A DNA stretch of 64,000 bases from an uncultured Chlamydia sp. (GTDB taxonomy: Bacteria > Chlamydiota > Chlamydiia > Chlamydiales > Simkaniaceae), in contig CAMGYI010000001.1 in the NCBI GenBank assembly GCA_946127115.1, forward strand, positions 662,857-726,856, read 5' to 3'. This document shows positions 9,584 to 18,286 of the stretch, piece by piece. Under the pieces are notes generated by a model. It worked only from the letters and a program-made list of their open reading frames with translations, searched no databases and was not told the DNA's origin. A program made the translations under genes and the position numbers. Every line of letters starts with the position of its first letter. Positions within the stretch are counted from its first letter, which is position 1.

Positions 9584-10498
9584 TTACTTGGCACTTTCAG
9601 CCAAAGAATTGTAGCAAGTATTCCCCTCGAAGAGAAAATCTTGAATGGTATGAAGTTTTTCGGTGAGATCAGTTTTTTTCTGGAACAATTTTTCAAGACG
9701 CTGCTGAATCATTTCATTTCTTTTTTGGAGATCGCACTGTGGTTTGAGTCTAATGGATTGAGCTTGTTCTTGAAGCTGAATCTCTTCTAGTTCGCAGAGT
9801 TTCTTCCTGTAATCAGGATCAAGCAGTAATTGTGTCTTACCTTCCATATAATACTTACGAGAATTCAGAACAACTCGATAAGAGTCTACGAATAGTGGAA
9901 TTAGATCTTCAATAGAGATCTCTTTGGGATTCAAAAATATTTTATTTACTTCTAATTCGAATTGAAGGGACCTCATTTTATTAAAAATACCAAAAATTTT
10001 CTCATTAAGAACGTCGGCTTTTTGACTTAAAGATCTAACGGCAGCATGGTATGTTTTTAGATCTGCTTGGATTTTATCTGTCATGGAAAAATAAGCTCGA
10101 GTTGAGGATATGACATATTTTTTGCATTTTACAAGAAACGAATCTGTTGGTTTATAAGGACATTCTCCAAGGAGAAGAGGAGAGACTTTGCGGATTGTGA
10201 TTAGTGACTGCTGAGCAATATCTATGAGTGAACCCTCTGGAAATAGACCAACCGCGTAGTCATGTTCTTTGCTATCAAATTCAGAAAATAGTTGGGCTAT
10301 TTCACTAAACTTTGGATCAATTAAAAACTCTGTTTGGGGGCTAATCATTAGCTTTAGATGATTCTCAAACCATATCCTCCTCTTAATAAGCTGTGGATGA
10401 GAATAACATCGATCGAGCTGTTTGTGGAGTTGCTGAAGATTGGTAACAGGTTGCTCTGTATGGAAGAATTGTGGAAAAATTTCTAGAATCTTCTCCAT
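9584..10498 (-). CDS. Hypothetical coiled-coil protein (304 aa), possibly the 3' part of a longer frameshifted gene
   Basis: Long ORF in an AT-rich segment. Its first 115 nt overlap the upstream ORF in another frame. No recognised domain. Confidence 0.5.
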   Translation of the reverse strand: MEKILEIFPQFFHTEQPVTNLQQLHKQLDRCYSHPQLIKRRIWFENHLKLMISPQTEFLIDPKFSEIAQLFSEFDSKEHDYAVGLFPEGSLIDIAQQSLITIRKVSPLLLGECPYKPTDSFLVKCKKYVISSTRAYFSMTDKIQADLKTYHAAVRSLSQKADVLNEKIFGIFNKMRSLQFELEVNKIFLNPKEISIEDLIPLFVDSYRVVLNSRKYYMEGKTQLLLDPDYRKKLCELEEIQLQEQAQSIRLKPQCDLQKRNEMIQQRLEKLFQKKTDLTEKLHTIQDFLFEGNTCYNSLAESAK

Positions 10499-10994
10499 TG
10501 TCCTTTTCCTGTTCTGAGAGAGAAGATAAAAAAACCATTCTTTCCTGAAGGCATACCATTTCAGTGGGGCTTCTTAACAATCGCCCAAGAAAGTAAAAGA
10601 AACTTTTTGCTAGTTTTATGATTCGCCAATCACTCTCTTGATAGCATTTCTCACCAATGAAATTTGGATCAATTTTTCGAAGGCGTGCGATTGTAGATTC
10701 TAGAGTTTCACCTTGGATTGCATTGCAATATGATTCGTAAGTTTCTCTATAGAACTCAAATTTCTCCAAAATATCTGTCTGATTATTAGCTAGTAAGGTT
10801 TTATCATTATTTACTTCATGAATGACAAAAAGAAGTTCGCTTTCAGAAGAGGTGACAAACTTCTCTATTCCATATATATCGTTAACTATTTTTTTTAAAT
10901 TATCGCGCGCTTCTGAAAGCTGATTAAGTGCAATAACTTCGGAACTGAGTTCCGCATGGGAATGGGAATTAAACTTTTTAATTGATTCAATCAT
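10383..10994 (-). CDS. Hypothetical protein (203 aa), possibly the 5' part of the same gene as 9584..10498
   Basis: The ORF starts next to a very AT-rich putative promoter region. The last ~35 codons (STILPYRATCYQSSATPQTARSMLFSSTAY) look non-coding and overlap the better-looking N-terminus of the next ORF. Confidence 0.45.
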   Translation of the reverse strand: MIESIKKFNSHSHAELSSEVIALNQLSEARDNLKKIVNDIYGIEKFVTSSESELLFVIHEVNNDKTLLANNQTDILEKFEFYRETYESYCNAIQGETLESTIARLRKIDPNFIGEKCYQESDWRIIKLAKSFFYFLGRLLRSPTEMVCLQERMVFLSSLSEQEKDNGEDSRNFSTILPYRATCYQSSATPQTARSMLFSSTAY

Positions 10995-11291
10995 AATATT
11001 ATAAAACCAATAATATTTATATTATTATAACATAAACTTAACTATAATATAATGTTATTAATGCATTATTACAAACAGCTGAATATCAGTTCAATAAATG
11101 CATAAATTTAATATACAGGGCTTTTTTTTTGCCACCTTCAGACAAGTTTATTTTTTATCTATTTATTGCACTTCATGGTTGAAAGAGCCATCTTTTAACT
11201 GTCTTTGATTTAAGAAAAAATTCTCATATCTTTTTTCACGCCACCACAAGCAAACTCTTCGCTATCTGTTGCGAATAATTTTCTATTTCAT

Positions 11292-11790
11292 TCAGGATAT
11301 TTGTAATATGGTTGACCTCCCAATTTTCATTTGATGCGCTATTTCTAAAAGCCCTACTCCTTGTTGATGCAGCTCTTTGAGCTTTTTTCGATTTACAACA
11401 AAATGTCTACGTCCAAATTTCATTCCCCTAGATTTAGCTTCAATACGCCCTTCATTCGTTCTTTCCAGTATCCTTTGACGCCCTGCTTAAGCAACTGCTA
11501 AAGGAATTGTTACAATCACTTTTCCCATCGCTTCCTCGGTAGTAATACCATACATCCAGAAAACGAATTTCTAGCCCTTTCATCAAACTCCTTAATGAGG
11601 TGGATCACGGCCAAGTCGATCCAACTTTTTCACCAAGCTCACATCTCTCTTCCTCTATTTTAATTCGCAGAAGATGTAACCCATCTCGATTAGCAGTTAT
11701 TCCACTAGGCTTATCCGTTCGAAATAATCGAATTTAAAAATCAAGCGATTGTTGGTTGAACAAATATAGAAGGCTCAGCAAGAATTATGA
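11292..11790 (-). pseudogene. Serine recombinase (resolvase/invertase) pseudogene
   Basis: Minus-strand fragments in shifting frames include 'YICSTNNRL' (cf. YARVST.DQ.L), 'FRTDKPSGITANRDGL', 'LVKKLDRLGRD' and '[47 protein letters not shown]...'. The C-terminal HTH is '[19 protein letters not shown]' (TGA 11292-11294). No start codon, at least one in-frame stop and several frameshifts. Confidence 0.7.
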
Positions 11791-11839
11791 AATCTTACCA
11801 AACAGTAGCGAGGTTTGGGTTAAAAAGCGATGATTAGCG

Positions 11840-12075
11840 GTATGGTTCACAGTCTTGAACCAGGATGAGAACTTTTGAGACATCCTCTAGCAAGATGAAA
11901 CTACAACCACGCTCCTTATATTTGCATCGCTGCTGATTCCTAACATGGCTATTCTTAAATTAAGTGATTCCCCCTTACATTTTTTACAACAATGCATCTT
12001 AATATCCTCATAGAAAGAATGAGAATCCCATAAAACATCCTTTACGCAAACACTCTATAAAATTTTTCATATGAC
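11840..12075 (-). mobile_element. Possible remnant of a transposase N-terminal zinc-ribbon (IS1595/ISXO2-like)
   Basis: The minus strand gives 'MHCCKKCKGESLNL' and, in a shifted frame, 'NQQRCKYKERGCSFILLEDVSKVL'. This resembles the CxxC...YKCxxC..FS zinc-ribbon of IS1595-type transposases. It is broken by stops and frameshifts. Confidence 0.3.
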
Positions 12076-12122
12076 CATTCAAATAGATCGCCAGTATTGC
12101 CAAAATCAGTTATGATGGCCGT

Positions 12123-13118
12123 ATGAAATATATCCTTTTTTGTTTTGTTTTTGTGGTTCATTCCCACTTTGCCTTTAGTTTTAGCTTAAAAGACAGGTTC
12201 TTAGAAGCTGAAGAAGGAACCTATATTATCACCGAACAAAACCGACTTGTTTCGCTCTTGCACCTTCATACAAAAGGAGAAAAGTGCCTCTTGTTTGAGG
12301 AAATTAGTATTCCCCAACACCAAGTCAAAAAAATGAAGTGGGATGAGTGGGTGAATAGAGGGGCTCCTGGACATACCTCATGGATCCTATATGAAGTTGA
12401 TCTCGAAAGCGAATCTGTTACCGAATGTTACTCAATGACTCGCAGGGCCTGGGTTCCAACCGATGAAATGACAGCCTTCTTAATCCCTTTAATGACTTTG
12501 AAACTTACCTACCTTTCCGAGGAAGAGCGGATGCAAACAGGCCCCACTCCCAAACCTGGAACAATCCAAAACCAGCCTTGGGGACCCCCTCAGGTCATCG
12601 AAGGAAAGAAAATCAAAGGGGCTGAATATGATGTTTATACTGCTAAATGGCCCGTTGATCAAACAGATCTTTCTGGGAAACCAATAGTTCTCTATTTCGA
12701 TAAAGAGCGAAAAAACTTTCCCTTTCCTTACTGGCTGCAGGTTAGAGATGGAATGGTAAAGTTTAGAATCCGTGCCCTCGATTCAGGAAGAGGAATCGTT
12801 TCCCCAGCATGCGATATTCCCCGTCGCAGACCAACCTTCATTTCAGGCATCCACAAAGAAGATGGAGAACTGCAGCTATCGCTTAACTGTCCAACATACT
12901 TTGATACACTGAGGCTCTATGCAATTGATATAACAGAAAACCCTCGCCTCACCCACGTGGTCCCATGCAATGAGAAAAGAAATGGCGAGTCTCTCACTCT
13001 CTCAATCGATCAGAATAAGATCGATGCCCTTTTCACTTCTGGCCACGAATACTTATGGATTGTTTCTTCAGAAATGCCTGAAATGGCTATCGAATCGCCA
13101 CACTCTTATACTCAATAG
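12123..13118 (+). CDS. Hypothetical secreted protein (331 aa)
   Basis: Long ORF with the signal peptide MKYILFCFVFVVHSHFAFS. No recognised domain. Confidence 0.6.
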   Translation: MKYILFCFVFVVHSHFAFSFSLKDRFLEAEEGTYIITEQNRLVSLLHLHTKGEKCLLFEEISIPQHQVKKMKWDEWVNRGAPGHTSWILYEVDLESESVTECYSMTRRAWVPTDEMTAFLIPLMTLKLTYLSEEERMQTGPTPKPGTIQNQPWGPPQVIEGKKIKGAEYDVYTAKWPVDQTDLSGKPIVLYFDKERKNFPFPYWLQVRDGMVKFRIRALDSGRGIVSPACDIPRRRPTFISGIHKEDGELQLSLNCPTYFDTLRLYAIDITENPRLTHVVPCNEKRNGESLTLSIDQNKIDALFTSGHEYLWIVSSEMPEMAIESPHSYTQ

Positions 13119-13560
13119 AGCTGAAGTTCTTTAATAACCTCGAAACTATTAGCCCCCTTTCTTTCTTCAATTGCTTCAATAAAATAGCGCCATCCACTGC
13201 TGGAGTTTTTGTTCGGAGAATAATGTCTTGAAACCAAATTTTCACATCCTCGGATGAAATACCCTCAGGCAATATCTCTGTTACTTTTTCTTGGAATTTT
13301 TTAAATTTTTCTTGAAACACAGGATCTGATTCTGGATGCGCTGATCTATAGGAAGTCCAGGACAACCCACAACGCTTGAGCATATCACAAACACCTTCTA
13401 AGTGCATAATCTGCTTGGTAACGAAACTTTTCTTCTTTTTTAAGTAATAGTTTTTTCTTTTTAGGGTATCGAAAATCCCACTAATGGGTATATTTTCTAT
13501 AGGGTAGGATCGAATTGTACCATACTTTTTTCCTCGAATCCCAAAGAGTAGGTATTAATG
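13087..13560 (-). mobile_element. IS630/Tc1-mariner-family transposase remnant
   Basis: The ORF 13087..13407 reads 'VCDMLKRCGLSWTSYRSAHPESDPVFQEKFKKFQEKV...VKIWFQD'. This matches the IS630 linker region (..LLKRLG.S..K.R..HP..D...Q..FKK......V.IWFQDE). Upstream frames (13410-13560) carry further HTH-like debris. The DDE domain is absent. Confidence 0.6.
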
Positions 13561-13664
13561 GACCTTAAACCGGCTGAGATTTTTGAGAGCAACCAAGGAA
13601 TATCAATTGGAAGCTGGCTACACAGTAGTTCCAAGCAATAGAAAAAATAAAAGATCTACTCTTT

Positions 13665-14033
13665 TCATAACGACCTAATCGCATGGATTTCAGATGCAAC
13701 AAATGCAATCTGTTCGAAATACTCCATAGAACTTTGTTCAGAGTCCTTGGGAGGAGCATCTTTATCCAGATCCATCACATGCTTGTTTGCAAGTCGCACT
13801 GCATCATTGACTAAATCCTCTAGACGATCATGCACATAAGGAGAAACTCCTTGAATATCCTTCATTATGATTTCCACAGTATCGCTCCAATCATAAAGGT
13901 CGATTATAATAGGAGGATCTTTCAACTGCTCTCCAAGTTGGAAAAGGAGCAATTGAAGCTTTTCCTTGGAAGCCTCATCTTCCGGCATTTTATCCACTAT
14001 ATTACCTCTATTATTGGTAAATACTATAAGCAA
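13665..14033 (-). CDS. Hypothetical small acidic protein (107-122 aa)
   Basis: ORF whose more plausible start is the internal Met (MPEDEASKEKL..., 13988). The product is strongly acidic. No recognised motif. Confidence 0.45.
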   Translation of the reverse strand: MLIVFTNNRGNIVDKMPEDEASKEKLQLLLFQLGEQLKDPPIIIDLYDWSDTVEIIMKDIQGVSPYVHDRLEDLVNDAVRLANKHVMDLDKDAPPKDSEQSSMEYFEQIAFVASEIHAIRSL

Positions 14034-14323
14034 TACAATTATTGCACTATCAACCTATCTCTGAAATCGATTTTTATGAACATAAAAATAAGATTCAAAA
14101 ATAATAAAATGAACTTGAGAAAATGAATCCTCTTTCTCTCTATGAATAATTTTATTAACCACTAACAAATAGCATGTTATAAAATATCAATAATTTCTTT
14201 ATGAAAATTTTACTTTACATTTATCGAAAAAATGTGATCCTCGTGCAGAAACAGTTATGAACAAGTTTTCCACATAAACCTATCCCGTATACATTTATGT
14301 TTTGATGCGTTAGACTTTGTTCT

Positions 14324-16174
14324 ATGAAAATGTATCGCTTAAAGAAATCTCTTCATATCTTCCACCATATCTTGAAACTTTACCGACGAAAACGAAAGGT
14401 CCTATCAGAAACTCACCGAGTAGAAATCGTCCTTACCTTGAATGGACTCCAAGAACAAATTCTTGAGAAGGATCGAGCCCAGGCTTCTGAAATGGCCCAC
14501 AAAGCAGAAGAGTTCACCACCCTTCATCTCAAGAAAGGCCCTTGGGAGCGTGTGCGAGACTTTATTGTTGGATTGGGTCTCGCTCTTTTGATTGCAGTAC
14601 TCATTCGAACTATATGGTTTGAACTATATGAGATACCGACCGGATCAATGCGACCAACCCTCAAGGAAGGAGATCGCCTTGTTGTCTCAAAGACTACATA
14701 TGGTATTAATATCCCATTGAAGCGAGGACACTTCCTTTTTGATCCTAACCTAGTGCTCAGGAATGGAACGGTCGTCTTCACTGGAGCTGGAATGGATATC
14801 CATGACGTGGATACCCTTTATTTCTATATCTTTCCCGGAAAAAAACAGTTTGTAAAACGTCTCATAGGAAAACCTGGAGATATCCTCTATTTTTATGGGG
14901 GTAAAATATACGGAGTCGACAAAAATGGAAAGGATATCTCAAAGGATTTAAATCCTGAATTCTTAAGCAAAATCGATCATGTCCCCTATATCTACTTGAA
15001 TGGAAAAACGATTCTTCCTGAAAAAGCAAAGGGCGGGATATATACTCCAATCACTCTGAAACAAATGAACACAGCCATTGCGAGACTCTCATTAGGATCT
15101 ACCAACAAAGTCATTGGGGAAATGCTTCCCCCTTTCAAAGAATCAGTCGAGGATTATTACGAGCTTTGGGGCTTTAGCGATTATGGGGTTGCCCGCCTGC
15201 TAACCGATCGCGAGGTTGAGAAATATACAACCACCCCCTTAAGTCAGTTGGGAAAAGCCGCTCTCTACATGGAAATCATCCATCATCCGACGGTCAAGCA
15301 TCCTAAAATCGAGAAGGATCCCATAGGACGGTTGGTGCCCAGCGTAGGTACAACATCCTCTGTAATTCCTCTAACACAGGACCATCTAAATAGCTTGATA
15401 AGCAACCTCTACACCGCTCGCTTTATCGTAAAGAATGGGTACGCTTATAGATATGGATCAAAGCTAAGCCAAGCAAGCCCCAAACTCCCAGGCATCCCAA
15501 ATGGAACCTATGAGTTTTATTATGGAAAGGGGTATCAGGTTCACTTTGGGGGGATTACAACAGAGCTTTCAAAGGACCACCCTCTCTATCAATTTACACC
15601 AGAGCGGATCCAACTTCTTTATAACTTAGGGATTGAGTGGATGATGTTCTATGCTCCTTATACGAAGGATCAGTATCTTCTCCCATCTCGATATGTTTAC
15701 TACCGAGACGGAAACCTCTTTGCGATGGGAGGCATTATGATTAAGAAGAATGATCCTACCTTATTAAAGTTTATTCAACAAGAATATCTCAGACAAGAAG
15801 CATCCCCTAATTATCGTCCTCACATCCCTTTTGATGACCCTGGGCCTCCCCTTACAAGTGAAGGAGAAATTGATACTGCTCTTATTCAACAAAAAGGCAT
15901 TGTGATTCCCGTAAACCGATATATGGCGCTAGGAGATAACTACGCAATGAGTGCAGACAGCCGCGATTTCGGGTTCGTTCCTCAAGAAAATATTCGAGGA
16001 GCTCCTGATTATATCTTCTGGCCCCCTGGCTCTAGAATTGGAGCAGTCTTACAAGCTGATTATCCTTTCTTTAATTCCCCCCGTTTTGTCGTTTGGGTCC
16101 TTGCTTTTGTCGGCTTTGGCATCTATTATATTGTTCACCGTAATCGGAATAAACTCCCTCAAAAAATCGAATGA
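14324..16174 (+). CDS. lepB: Signal peptidase I, long chlamydial form
   Basis: S26 boxes are 'IPTGSMRPTLKEGDRLVV' (catalytic Ser), 'VKRLIGKPGD' (catalytic Lys) and 'LGDNYAMSADSRDFGFV'. The 616-aa size with a large insertion matches chlamydial LepB. Confidence 0.9.
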   Translation: MKMYRLKKSLHIFHHILKLYRRKRKVLSETHRVEIVLTLNGLQEQILEKDRAQASEMAHKAEEFTTLHLKKGPWERVRDFIVGLGLALLIAVLIRTIWFELYEIPTGSMRPTLKEGDRLVVSKTTYGINIPLKRGHFLFDPNLVLRNGTVVFTGAGMDIHDVDTLYFYIFPGKKQFVKRLIGKPGDILYFYGGKIYGVDKNGKDISKDLNPEFLSKIDHVPYIYLNGKTILPEKAKGGIYTPITLKQMNTAIARLSLGSTNKVIGEMLPPFKESVEDYYELWGFSDYGVARLLTDREVEKYTTTPLSQLGKAALYMEIIHHPTVKHPKIEKDPIGRLVPSVGTTSSVIPLTQDHLNSLISNLYTARFIVKNGYAYRYGSKLSQASPKLPGIPNGTYEFYYGKGYQVHFGGITTELSKDHPLYQFTPERIQLLYNLGIEWMMFYAPYTKDQYLLPSRYVYYRDGNLFAMGGIMIKKNDPTLLKFIQQEYLRQEASPNYRPHIPFDDPGPPLTSEGEIDTALIQQKGIVIPVNRYMALGDNYAMSADSRDFGFVPQENIRGAPDYIFWPPGSRIGAVLQADYPFFNSPRFVVWVLAFVGFGIYYIVHRNRNKLPQKIE

Positions 16175-17433
16175 ATACACCTACAAAAGCAACTAAGTCG
16201 CGCAGCTTTTCAACGCGCTTTGCTTTTATCTGGATGCAAATTGCGACTGAGCCTTTCATCGCTTTTTATACCCTCCTTTTATTTATATTGCGGAAAGATC
16301 TAGGGGCCACCCCTCTCCAGATTTCAGTTTTAGCAACCCTTCGTCCTGTCCTCTCAGTTTTATCCTTTTATTGGAGTTCGAATCTACTAAGAGAGAGGAA
16401 CAAACTTCTCTCTAATTTCATGGGAGCATGGGTTCTCTCATTTATCCCCTTTCTCTGCTTACCCTTTATTAACAATGTCTGGTTTGTCATCTTGTGTGCA
16501 GGGATCTATCAACTATTTTCAAGAGCCTGCATCCCTTCAAAAATAGAAATCCTCAAGCTCAATCTTGAGAAAGAGCCTCGCGAAAAATTTTTTTCCCACT
16601 TGTATATTCTCGGGTTTATAGAAAGTATTGGCTTAGGTCTTTTTGTAGGAAAACTGCTCGATATCTACAAAGGATCTTGGCAACTCCTATTTGCTCTTGC
16701 AGCAATCCTCTCCTTAACTAGTACTTTCATTCAAATGCGCATTCCCCTTCCCCAAAACCTAAAACAAGATGTCAACGTCCTACCTATTTCCTCAAATCGC
16801 CTCTTACAGCCGATAAAAGATTCGATCCATCTTATGCGTTCTCGCCCTGACTTTGCCCGCTTCCAGTGGGGATTTATGCTAGGGGGATTTGCGCTGATGT
16901 TTATGACTCCGGCTATTCATATTTACTATGCCGATACCCTCAATCTTACCCATGATAATTTAGCGATTGCCCGTTATATTTGGATGGGGATTGGGGTTGT
17001 TTCTACCTCATTTTTATGGAGGCATGGAATGAGCCGTATCTCTTTAAATCGCCTTACAGCATTAATTATCCTTGGATTTAGCCTTTTTCCGTTTATCCTC
17101 CTTTTCGCTACAACCAACATCTTTTGGGTGAATATTGCCTTTCTGTTCTATGGAATTGCCCAGGCAGGTAGTAACCTTATTTGGCACCTTTCCGGGACTC
17201 TTTTTGCTGTCAATGAGGACAGCTCAAAATTTTCAAGTGTGAATATTCTTATGGTTGGACTCCGAGGCCTTGTTGCCCCCGTTCTTGGTGGTATCTGCTG
17301 CAGTTTTCTTTCCTCCTTAACGATTCTTGGAATCGGAATCGTTATTGGTTTGATAGGAGTTTTTTATATGCTACGCCCGGCTCCAGAAGTTCTACCTTCC
17401 CGGCATTCCCATCAAGTGCATAGCGACAATTAA
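16171..17433 (+). CDS. MFS-type transporter
   Basis: 420 aa with about 12 predicted TM segments. The ATG overlaps the lepB TGA (ATGA). The substrate cannot be inferred. Confidence 0.7.
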   Translation: MNTPTKATKSRSFSTRFAFIWMQIATEPFIAFYTLLLFILRKDLGATPLQISVLATLRPVLSVLSFYWSSNLLRERNKLLSNFMGAWVLSFIPFLCLPFINNVWFVILCAGIYQLFSRACIPSKIEILKLNLEKEPREKFFSHLYILGFIESIGLGLFVGKLLDIYKGSWQLLFALAAILSLTSTFIQMRIPLPQNLKQDVNVLPISSNRLLQPIKDSIHLMRSRPDFARFQWGFMLGGFALMFMTPAIHIYYADTLNLTHDNLAIARYIWMGIGVVSTSFLWRHGMSRISLNRLTALIILGFSLFPFILLFATTNIFWVNIAFLFYGIAQAGSNLIWHLSGTLFAVNEDSSKFSSVNILMVGLRGLVAPVLGGICCSFLSSLTILGIGIVIGLIGVFYMLRPAPEVLPSRHSHQVHSDN

Positions 17434-18286
17434 GAGGCAAGGTCACTTGATCCCCAATATGTCCTGAAGGAAATCCTAAGATTACGGGGTAGGGGGCATC
17501 ATAAAAATAGTCTCTACAAATCTTTTCAACTGTCCATCCATCTTCCATATCAGGCTCACAATTCTTCCATGATGCTAAAATCAAACCTTCCAGGTTATCT
17601 ACCATCCCCGTTTGCCTTAATTGATTGAGCATACGATCGATGCGATAGACTTTTTCCCCCACATCTTCAAGAATAAGGATTTTCCCTGCTGTGTCAAGCT
17701 GCCACTGTGTCCCAATATGAGCAGAAATAAGTGAAAGATTTCCCCCTACAAGAACCCCTTCTCCCTTTCCCCCTACAATCGTTTTACATGCTAAAGGGTT
17801 TTCATAAATACCAGTTTTTCCTTCACTAATGATGTTCCATATTCCCTGCTCCAAAATCTTTGTCTTTTTTGTTGGATCAAATGTCCACTTTGCGACGGGA
17901 CCTAAAAACGTGATAAGCCCTGCCTTCTGAATCAAAGCCATATGAAGAGCTGTAATATCACTCATCCCAATGAAGATTTTGGGGTGATCCCGAATATAGT
18001 CATAATCTAAAAGATCTAAAATCCGTCCTGATCCATAGCCCCCACGAATACACCAAATTGCTTTAACTTCTGGGGCTTTCCAAGCCTCCATTAAAGCTCG
18101 CGCTCGCTCCTTATCTGTTCCAGCCAAATATCCAAACCTCTCCTCAAAGTTAGAGGGCAGTTTTACTTGAAACCCACGCTTCTTCAAAGCTGTAGATGTC
18201 TCGTCGAAACCGTCGCACTAAGAAGCCGGAGCCACAAGCGCAATGGTATCCCCCATTCCTAAAGGTTCTCCTTGAACTGGAATCAT
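17342..18286 (-). pseudogene. ldcA: LD-carboxypeptidase (muramoyltetrapeptide carboxypeptidase, peptidase S66) with an in-frame TAG at codon 23
   Basis: S66 signatures are 'WCIRGGYGS', the nucleophile 'GMSDITALH', 'ILEDVGE' and 'FPSGHIGDQVTLPLN'. The conserved N-terminus 'MIPVQGEPLGMGDTIALVAPAS' starts at ATG 18286, overlapping the upstream TGA as ATGA. It is in the same frame but cut off by TAG at 18218-18220. The ORF track restarts at TTG 18187. Confidence 0.8.

Noticed and set aside
11307-11320. The 14-mer tatggttgacctcc, shared with 30050-30063 (with a related gaggtcaacc near 8700), considered as possible IS terminal repeats
   Set aside because: In both full copies the motif falls inside a decayed HTH coding segment (..RSTI..) rather than at an element boundary. 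The third occurrence is only 10 nt and may be chance.
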